Source: a virus. Taken from it: DNA of 64,000 bases. Where the stretch lies: IMG/VR virus record IMGVR_UViG_3300045988_181996; one strand, given 5' to 3'. The translations under genes and the position numbers were made by a program. How positions within the stretch are numbered: the stretch's first letter is position 1; every line of letters begins with the position of its first letter. Positions 20,405-27,250 of the stretch are shown here, piece by piece. The notes under the pieces are model-generated. The model had not been told where the DNA came from, did not search any database, and saw only the letters and a list, made by a program, of their open reading frames with translations.

Positions 20405-20869
20405 ATGAGTAATACAATCAAACTATCTACAACTCACCAAACTCACGATTTCCTTAGTCGTTTGAATGAACAACAAAAACTTGAACATGAAATCTATCAG
20501 TTTGTTAGATCTATTGAAATGAAAAACCATACATTAGATAGATTCCGTTCAAAGTTTATTGAGCTTTATTGGAATAATAATTTCTACACACCTAATAAAA
20601 ATTCTTACTTGAAATTATTTGTTACTCTTATTAATCACCTTCAAAATGCTGAACTTGAGTGTCATATTAAAGACATTTCGTGGTTTAGTGATGTTATTAA
20701 ACAAGCTAAACTTAACCCTATTAATTACTCATCTAATTTCGATGAATATTATGAATTTACTTTCCTTGACTATAATAAAAGTTTATTCAACGAATCAACT
20801 AAAAACATCACATTAAAACTAACTTTAAGAGTTATTGATAACCACCTATATGGAATTATTTTACAATAA
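20405..20869 (+). CDS. hypothetical protein 154 aa
   Basis: CAGGAGG RBS. Confidence 0.55.
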   Translation: MSNTIKLSTTHQTHDFLSRLNEQQKLEHEIYQFVRSIEMKNHTLDRFRSKFIELYWNNNFYTPNKNSYLKLFVTLINHLQNAELECHIKDISWFSDVIKQAKLNPINYSSNFDEYYEFTFLDYNKSLFNESTKNITLKLTLRVIDNHLYGIILQ

Positions 20870-20888
20870 ACTAAAGGAGAAATAACAA

Positions 20889-21068
20889 TGGCTAAATTTA
20901 TTAAAATTGATGACAAAATTATTAATGTTGACCATATAGCTTTCATTGTTGAAAGTGAAAACATATATGATGAAAAATACACGAAATTTTTCTTAACTCA
21001 TGGTTTCGTTAATACTAAATTAAAATTAGATGAAGTCTATAAATTAATCGAAGATTGTTCTAGTTAAT
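20889..21068 (+). CDS. hypothetical 59 aa (MAKFIKIDDKIINVDHIAF...)
   Basis: AAAGGAGA RBS. Hand-translated. Below the ORF-track cut-off. Confidence 0.4.
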
Positions 21069-21096
21069 ACTTAACTCTTAATCTTTCGCTTATAAT

Positions 21097-21151
21097 CGTA
21101 ATTCTACGAATTACTCAAAAACCAATTAGGCTTCGCCTAATACCCCTTAAC
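21097..21151 (+). promoter_or_regulatory. hairpin motif copy 2: CGTAATTCTACGAATTAC + TTAGGCTTCGCCTAA + TACCCCTTAAC
   Basis: Near-identical to copy 1. Confidence 0.6.
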
Positions 21152-21187
21152 TTTTGAAATTTATTTTATTAATTGGAGGTTTTATAC

Positions 21188-21700
21188 ATGACTACTAAAT
21201 ACTTTATTGACGGTTCTTTCCAAACTATTAATGATCACGAAATCTGCGGATTTGCTTGTGCTGTTATAAACCCTGACGGTTCTATCGAAGAACTTAAAGG
21301 TGCTAAAGAATTCGAAAACCATTCTAATAACATCACTAGTGAATTACAAGCTTGTTACGTTGCTTTATATCACGCTATTACTAATAATATTAAAGATATC
21401 GAAATCTATCACGACTTACAAGGTACTAGTGCTTGGGCTAACGGTACTTGGAAAGCTAAAAAAGATGAAACTAAAAAATATGCTCAATACGTTAACGCTA
21501 TGAAACAACAATACGATTTAAATATCAAATTCATTAAAGTTGCTGGTCACTCTGGTGTTAAATACAATGATTTAGCTGACTCTTTAGCTGACCAAGCTGT
21601 AAAAGAATATGCTATGAAAAACAACATCTTACCAACTTTTGAATTTAACGAAGCTGATGAAGTTGAACAACCTATAGCTATGTTCAACCCATTAGCTTAA
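21188..21700 (+). CDS. RNase H (RNase HI-like fold), ~170 aa
   Basis: DEDD catalytic set aligned to E. coli RnhA: 'YFIDGS', 'SELQACYVAL', 'IYHDLQ', 'VAGHSGVKYNDLADSLA'. GGAGG RBS 8 nt before the 21188 ATG (the ORF track start at 21173 is less likely). Confidence 0.8.
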   Translation: MTTKYFIDGSFQTINDHEICGFACAVINPDGSIEELKGAKEFENHSNNITSELQACYVALYHAITNNIKDIEIYHDLQGTSAWANGTWKAKKDETKKYAQYVNAMKQQYDLNIKFIKVAGHSGVKYNDLADSLADQAVKEYAMKNNILPTFEFNEADEVEQPIAMFNPLA

Positions 21701-21718
21701 TATTAATAATTTATATCA

Positions 21719-21744
21719 AGGGGTTCTTATGAACCCCTTATTTT
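21719..21744 (+). terminator. rho-independent terminator GGGGTTCttatGAACCCC + T-run
   Basis: 7-bp GC stem followed by TTATTTT. Confidence 0.7.
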
Positions 21745-21754
21745 GGAGTTTATT

Positions 21755-22156
21755 ATGTACATCATACTACCTTTTAACGCAAATCATAACTCACACGCTG
21801 TAGAGGTTTATTCTAAAATTAAGGATATTCCTTTCCCAACCAACGTACCTGTACGTTGTTATCGTCTTAATAAAAAAATCTATAATGAGTTAGAGCTTAA
21901 TTATTACAATATCCACAAGGATTACTCTCACTCAGTTACTCTACCACGTTTTCAAATTGCTTATGAAGTACCTATCTATAAACACGAACTTCATAAAAAG
22001 TTTAACGTTTCTAAAACTGAACTTATCGCTATTTACGAAAATCACGTAAAAGAACTTAATTATCTATCAGATAACACTATTCTCTTACTTTGGAAACTTA
22101 AAATGCATCCTGAAATAATCGCTAATAGTAAATTAGCTCATTTGCTTAAATATTAA
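21755..22156 (+). CDS. hypothetical 133 aa
   Basis: GGAG 6 nt before the ATG at 21755 (the ORF track uses a TTG at 21743). Confidence 0.5.
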   Translation: MYIILPFNANHNSHAVEVYSKIKDIPFPTNVPVRCYRLNKKIYNELELNYYNIHKDYSHSVTLPRFQIAYEVPIYKHELHKKFNVSKTELIAIYENHVKELNYLSDNTILLLWKLKMHPEIIANSKLAHLLKY

Positions 22157-22166
22157 GGAGTTTATT

Positions 22167-22553
22167 ATGAATTACATTCTTAGAAATTACCCAAATAACA
22201 ATATTCGTAAACTACTTTGTCCTTATCAACATTCAAAACTTAAAAAAATAAACTATACTTACTACAACCGTTTACGTGAGTTTATTACTTCTAAAGATTT
22301 TAAATGTATATTTTATCTATCTATTAAAAACAACGAAATCATCGAACTTGATGTTGTAACTCACCACCAAGCACAAGTTCTAAACTTGTTTAATAACATT
22401 AAACAGGATTTAAAACCTATTAAAAAAGGTACTTGGTACGTTACTAAACTTGAATATGGTTATTTAGTTTTCCCTAAACTAAACATACCTTTCAACAACA
22501 ACCAATGCTTCTATTTTGAATGTAACTCATTCTACGATTCACTTATATTCTAG
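22167..22553 (+). CDS. hypothetical 128 aa
   Basis: AAGGAG RBS. Confidence 0.5.
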   Translation: MNYILRNYPNNNIRKLLCPYQHSKLKKINYTYYNRLREFITSKDFKCIFYLSIKNNEIIELDVVTHHQAQVLNLFNNIKQDLKPIKKGTWYVTKLEYGYLVFPKLNIPFNNNQCFYFECNSFYDSLIF

Positions 22554-22567
22554 GAGGTTTTCTAACC

Positions 22568-22939
22568 ATGAAATCTACTATCGCAAATCTATTACTTCAA
22601 ATTAATTCTATCAATGAAAAAATTAAAGTCATTGAAAAAGAGTTACAATCAAATATCAAAAATAACATTATTGATACTTTCCTTACAGATTTTATTGGTT
22701 TTAAATCATTCCAACCAAATTACGATTCTAAAATCTGTACGTTCAAATTAATTGATTTAAACACTCTTGATGTCGGTACGATTCTACCTACCGAAACTCT
22801 AGGGCTTTTCAATAATAACACTCTATTTTTTAACGTTTATACTGAAAATATTAATTTCTCACTTAATCTACATACTCTTTGGATTTATAAAAAAGATAAC
22901 GTTGTTACTGAAATTTTCTACACTAAACTTATAAACTAA
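22568..22939 (+). CDS. hypothetical 123 aa
   Basis: AGGAGG RBS. Confidence 0.5.
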   Translation: MKSTIANLLLQINSINEKIKVIEKELQSNIKNNIIDTFLTDFIGFKSFQPNYDSKICTFKLIDLNTLDVGTILPTETLGLFNNNTLFFNVYTENINFSLNLHTLWIYKKDNVVTEIFYTKLIN

Positions 22940-22949
22940 AAGTAACCAT

Positions 22950-23020
22950 TTAACTTGCACCCGCTAATACATACGTATTAGCTGGAAAACCAGTTAAGTT
23001 GCACCTAATACCCTTTAATC
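22950..23020 (+). promoter_or_regulatory. hairpin motif copy 3: TTAACTTGCACC ... GCTAATACATACGTATTAGC ... GTTAAGTTGCACC + TAATACCCTTTAATC
   Basis: 20-bp perfect palindrome flanked by 12-bp direct repeats, then the ACCCTTTAA box. Confidence 0.55.
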
Positions 23021-23057
23021 TATGAAAAAAAATTAAAACAAATTAAGGAGTCATATC

Positions 23058-23201
23058 ATGAAAATTAAAGTTAAACCATCTTATAAATACAAAATGTCTA
23101 ATGATGAATTACAAGATTACCTTAAAATGAAGAAGTCTGGTGCTTCTAAAACTAAAAATGGTCGTGCTTATTCACGTAAAAATTATAAAATCAATTATTA
23201 A
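23058..23201 (+). CDS. 47-aa basic peptide (MKIKVKPSYKYKMSNDELQDYLKMKKSGASKTKNGRAYSRKNYKINY)
   Basis: AAGGAG RBS. Hand-translated. Confidence 0.35.
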   Translation: MKIKVKPSYKYKMSNDELQDYLKMKKSGASKTKNGRAYSRKNYKINY

Positions 23202-23243
23202 AAAAAAAATATTAATTGATCTAAGTATTACATACTTATCATT

Positions 23244-23272
23244 TAGTTAGGTCACCCTAACACCCTTTAATC
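23244..23272 (+). promoter_or_regulatory. hairpin motif copy 4: TTAGTTAGGTCACCCTAA + CACCCTTTAATC
   Basis: Motif family, upstream of ssb1. Confidence 0.5.
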
Positions 23273-23310
23273 TAAAAAAAATAATAATCAAATAAAGAGA
23301 GGTTCTATTT

Positions 23311-23742
23311 ATGTTAAACAAATTTTTATTCACTGGAAGACTTACTGATAACGCTACACTTAAAAACACTTCTAAAAATGTCTTAGTTACTACTTTTTCT
23401 ATCGCTAATAACGAAAAAGTTAAAGATAAAGATATCACTACTTTCCTACCTGTTACGTTCTTCCCAAAAAGTACTAAACAAATGGAATTGCTTGCTAAAG
23501 GTAATTTAGTTACTGTTGAAGGACATTTTGCTACTAGTCAATTTACTGACCAATCTGGAAAAAATCAAGTTCGTACTGAATTTATCGTTGATAAATTTGA
23601 CTTACTTGCTCGTGTTAAATCTGTTGAACCTAAAAATGAATTCGTTAGTGCTGACAGTTACCAAGACGATTATGTTCCTGTTATGCCTGAATACATGGAA
23701 GATGATGCGTCTGTTGAATTATTCAACCCTATCGAAGATTAA
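23311..23742 (+). CDS. ssb: single-stranded DNA-binding protein (paralog 1), 143 aa, acidic C-tail ...DDASVELFNPIED
   Basis: Aligns with B. subtilis SSB: 'MLNKFLFTGRLTDNATLK..TTFSIANNE' and 'LAKGNLVTVEGHFATSQFTDQSGKNQVRTEFIVDKFDLL'. Confidence 0.85.
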   Translation: MLNKFLFTGRLTDNATLKNTSKNVLVTTFSIANNEKVKDKDITTFLPVTFFPKSTKQMELLAKGNLVTVEGHFATSQFTDQSGKNQVRTEFIVDKFDLLARVKSVEPKNEFVSADSYQDDYVPVMPEYMEDDASVELFNPIED

Positions 23743-23796
23743 TTTCTTTGACACTTATTCTTATATATGATATACTAGTTAAGTATAAAAGTCTAT

Positions 23797-23826
23797 GACG
23801 GGTGTTCTTTTAACACCCGTTATCTT
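23797..23826 (+). terminator. rho-independent terminator ACGGGTGTTcttttAACACCCGT + TATCTT
   Basis: 9-bp stem. Weak U-tract. Confidence 0.55.
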
Positions 23827-23857
23827 ATGTTGTTAGTTATAAAAGGAGGATATTCAT

Positions 23858-24097
23858 ATGTCAATTTTTAATGCAATTCAAAAGTTATTCACTAAATCTT
23901 TTGCTTCTGATAAATCTCTTACACAGCTTTACAAAGAAGAAAAAGATGTTATGCGTTTACTTCATTCTCTACCTGAAAATGAACGCAAATTCATTGTTGA
24001 ACGTGTTATGAAAAATTATCCAGGTGATAAAAATTTCAATAAAACACTTTTTAACGAAACTACTAAAATTCTTAAAAAAGATAAAGAGTTGAGCTAA
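23858..24097 (+). CDS. hypothetical 79 aa
   Basis: AAAGGAGG RBS. Confidence 0.5.
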   Translation: MSIFNAIQKLFTKSFASDKSLTQLYKEEKDVMRLLHSLPENERKFIVERVMKNYPGDKNFNKTLFNETTKILKKDKELS

Positions 24098-24173
24098 TCA
24101 TGGCTACAGCTCTTTTTTATTTAATCACAATATTAATCTGTATGCAAGATTAAATTTATTTCAAGGAGCTATT

Positions 24174-24506
24174 ATGGATAAATTCATTATTACTAACACC
24201 AATGACTTTAACTACCCTTATCTCATTACTCTTACTCATATAAAAAATAACAATGTTATTGATACACTAAAAGATTTAACTCTACCTAATCTAGCTAATA
24301 AAAAAATTATTATCGATACTCACCTAGTCTCAGATGATCATTCTAAAAGATTTTTATCTACTGTTGTTACTTACAACGAATCTATTAATACTGATAATTT
24401 AAATTATACTCTAGTTACTTATAATGACCCGTTAATGAAACTTGCCACTAATATTATTAATGATATTAAGTTGAAATTCTTTGTTTCATTTATTGATAAA
24501 TTATAA
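24174..24506 (+). CDS. hypothetical 110 aa
   Basis: CAAGGAG RBS. Confidence 0.45.
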   Translation: MDKFIITNTNDFNYPYLITLTHIKNNNVIDTLKDLTLPNLANKKIIIDTHLVSDDHSKRFLSTVVTYNESINTDNLNYTLVTYNDPLMKLATNIINDIKLKFFVSFIDKL

Positions 24507-24619
24507 CAAATTTTTCCTACCCTGAAAAAATCCCTTGTGTTTAATCCTTGACCTGAATACGTCTTTAAACTGTTCAATTTTTATTACGTGACAATTATAC
24601 TAATTGTCATAAAAACCAA

Positions 24620-24645
24620 TTAGGCTTTGCCTAACACCCTTTTAA
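24620..24645 (+). promoter_or_regulatory. hairpin motif copy 5: TTAGGCTTTGCCTAA + CACCCTTTTA, preceded by TTGACCTGAATACGTC box at 24549
   Basis: Motif family. TTGACCTGARTAYGTC is also present at 25611. Confidence 0.55.
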
Positions 24646-24685
24646 TTATGAAAAAATAAAAAAAATAAAGTGAGGTACAAAACTT

Positions 24686-25105
24686 ATGATTAAATTTAAT
24701 ACAATTACAACTACTGGTAACTTAGCAAGCAATATCCGTTTCTACGGAAAAGATAATTCAGCCGCTGAAATCGTTGTTTATGATTCAACTCGTAAAGAAA
24801 CACCTGTTCGTCATACGGCTTTCCTTAAAGACGCAGCACTTAAATCTATCGCTCCTAAATTAGTTAAAGGTGCTTTCGTTGCGATTGAAGGACATTTAGT
24901 TCCTAGACCGTCTACTAAAGAAAATCCTGATAATAACACTGATATTATCGTTGACTCTATCCGTTTCTTAAACAACCCTCTTAAAAATCGTAAACCAGCA
25001 GAAATTCCTGCTCTTAAAGTTGAAGACGACTTTGAAGTAGTTCAAGAAACTCCTGAAGTTCTTGATGAAAAACCTAAAAGAGGTCGTAAAAAAGCTACTA
25101 AATAA
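24686..25105 (+). CDS. ssb: SSB-like OB-fold protein (paralog 2), 139 aa, basic C-tail
   Basis: 'TGNLASN..' and 'LVKGAFVAIEGHLVPR' align to SSB strands. Lacks the acidic tip. Confidence 0.65.
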   Translation: MIKFNTITTTGNLASNIRFYGKDNSAAEIVVYDSTRKETPVRHTAFLKDAALKSIAPKLVKGAFVAIEGHLVPRPSTKENPDNNTDIIVDSIRFLNNPLKNRKPAEIPALKVEDDFEVVQETPEVLDEKPKRGRKKATK

Positions 25106-25286
25106 TAAATAATCTCTTAACAGTACTTAGACTGAGCTCTTACGCTTAGTCTTTGTACTGCACTTTGCTTGTGTGGGTTACTGTGATTTGCACAAGTTGG
25201 TTCAACTCCAACTACAAGCCAATCCTCCTCCTAATGAGGACTATTAACCAAATTAACTTTAACATTAAAAAAAGGTGGACAATTAT

Positions 25287-25598
25287 ATGATTATTAATCA
25301 ATTAACTGAAAATAACCATAAAAATAATATAGCGACTAATCTAAGACAAGTCATTTCTCATAAAAATAACGAATATCACATCGTCTTTGATTATCGTATC
25401 GGCAACCAAATTAAAAGTGCCAAGCTTACTTCTAATTTCTCTGATGAGGGTATCAAATACCTTTTACCTGATAACCCTACTCGTGAAGATATTCAGGCTC
25501 AAGCTAATGCTCTTGCCAATAAATACATTAAACAAGCTATATTATGCAAATCTCAAAAAGTTAAAAGTAATTACCATATAATTTTACCACCTAAATAA
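25287..25598 (+). CDS. hypothetical 103 aa
   Basis: AAAGGTGG RBS 7 nt before the ATG at 25287 (the ORF track GTG start at 25275 is unlikely). Confidence 0.45.
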   Translation: MIINQLTENNHKNNIATNLRQVISHKNNEYHIVFDYRIGNQIKSAKLTSNFSDEGIKYLLPDNPTREDIQAQANALANKYIKQAILCKSQKVKSNYHIILPPK

Positions 25599-25687
25599 TA
25601 AAAAAAAAACATTGACCTGAGTATGTCATTAAAAGACTTAAAATATAAAATAATAAATTAAAATATTAAGAAAAGAGGTATATATTT

Positions 25688-25999
25688 ATGACAATTTTAT
25701 TAACAGGACACATCTCAAGAAAAGAAACAGCAGTTGCTAAAACAGGGAAAGTTGCTTTCAACCAAGTTGCTTGTACTAACATCTATACTAAAAAAGACGG
25801 TACTCAAGTTGAAGATACTCAATTCATTAACTTCGCTATCCCTTCTAAATTCGAAAAACTTTGGAAACACCTTGATAAAGGTCAATTAGTTACTGTTGTT
25901 GCTCACATCGAACAATGGAAATCTACTAATGAAAAAGGTGAAAATCGCTATACTCAAATGGTTGTAGCTGACTCTATCGGGTTAGGCTCTGCTAAATAA
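25688..25999 (+). CDS. ssb: SSB-like OB-fold protein (paralog 3), 103 aa, no C-terminal tail
   Basis: 'TQFINFAIPSKFEKLWKHLDKGQLVTVVAHIEQ' vs SSB '[33 protein letters not shown]'. Confidence 0.7.
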   Translation: MTILLTGHISRKETAVAKTGKVAFNQVACTNIYTKKDGTQVEDTQFINFAIPSKFEKLWKHLDKGQLVTVVAHIEQWKSTNEKGENRYTQMVVADSIGLGSAK

Positions 26000-26005
26000 T
26001 TTATT

Positions 26006-26036
26006 AAAGACCACTATAAGTGGTCTTTTTTATTTT
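26006..26036 (+). terminator. rho-independent terminator AGACCACtataaGTGGTCT + T6
   Basis: 7-bp stem plus T-run directly after ssb3. Confidence 0.75.
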
Positions 26037-26233
26037 ACGGAAATCCTACGTATTTCCTACGGTGGTGACATGGCTTCGCATTAATGTCACGCTTAAAAAA
26101 AACAGTTACCCTTATCTTATTTATTTAATGGTGTAACTGTTTTTTTTATTTGTACAATTAACTCCGTTAATTGTTTTATTAAATTGCAATAGCCTACGCC
26201 TATTGCTATTATTTAAAATAATTATTCAAATTT

Positions 26234-26472
26234 GTTACCCTTAGTTGTTCTCCCTAGTTGTTACCACCAGTTGTTACCCTTAGTTGTTACCACTAGTTGT
26301 TACCACTAGTTGTTCTCCCTAGTTGTTCCCCCTAATTGTCACTCTTAGTTGTTCTCCCTAGTTGTTCCCCCTAATTGTTACTACTAGTTGTTACTACTAG
26401 TTGTTACCCTTAGTTGTTACCACTAGTTGTTACTACTAGTTGTTACCCTTAGTTGTTACCACTAGTTGTTAC
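26234..26472. repeat. iteron array 2: ~18 tandem copies of the same 13-bp YTAGTTGTTMYYC unit as array 1
   Basis: Seen in sequence. Same orientation as array 1, 9.3 kb away. Confidence 0.9.
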
Positions 26473-26564
26473 TTCACTTTGCTTTACCTATTAAAAAACT
26501 ATATTTGATTAAAAATATTTCGATCTCGATACCAAAATATACTTTATTATTAACATTAACTATA

Positions 26565-26690
26565 TCTCTTATATAAATCAATTATATTAATCTCTTATAT
26601 AAACACATTATATAAACACCTTATATAAAAACCTTATATAATCACTATATAAACACCTTATATTAACACCTTATATTAATCAAATTCATA
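26565..26690. repeat. second iteron family: ~9 copies of ~12-bp (C)ACCTTATATAAA(C) preceded by an AT-rich stretch
   Basis: Seen in sequence. Confidence 0.8.
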
Positions 26691-26824
26691 AACACCTTTA
26701 AAAAAAACGCAATTCCTACGTAATTGCTTATATTGGTTCGTGGCTTCGCATTAACTCACTTCCTGATTCATTACTTGAATCAGTCTTCGGTCAAACTCGT
26801 CTCAAACTCCTTTGACATAAGGAA

Positions 26825-27047
26825 CTCCCCCCCCTTTTTTGTTAATAATTATATGAAATTTATTTTGTTGAAAAGTATTAGTTGAGTGTTAGTTGAAATT
26901 ATTTGAAAAAATATTATATCGGGAAATTATATAGATGATTTCTAAAAATAATTTATGGGCAAATTTTATTTGAGGGAATTATTATATGAATATATTATGT
27001 CCATTATTTTTTATTCCCTCAATTTATTTTTTTAATAGGGGGGGAGT
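26825..27047. repeat. element bounded by inverted ACTC8 / G7AGT homopolymer repeats with an inner TTGAGGGAAT/ATTCCCTCAA inverted repeat
   Basis: C8 at 26827-26834 and G7 at 27038-27044, in ~27% GC DNA. Confidence 0.6.
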
Positions 27048-27250
27048 AAAAGAGCATAAGAGAAAATATAATTCAAATTAACTAAAATCCTTATTATAAA
27101 ACAAATATATTATATATCAAAAATCAACTATTTTTTTTAATATTTAAAATGAATTTTAATATAAATATAAAAAAATAACCTACACATTAAATATAATATG
27201 TAAGTTATTTTATAAATTTAATATTTATAATTTTTATGGTTTATAAATTT

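Noticed and set aside
19252-25999. Prophage interpretation of the plus-strand small-gene cluster
   Set aside because: No terminase, portal, capsid, tail or integrase genes. The content (ssb x3, RNase H, tiny ORFs, hairpin motifs) fits a plasmid leading/early region better.
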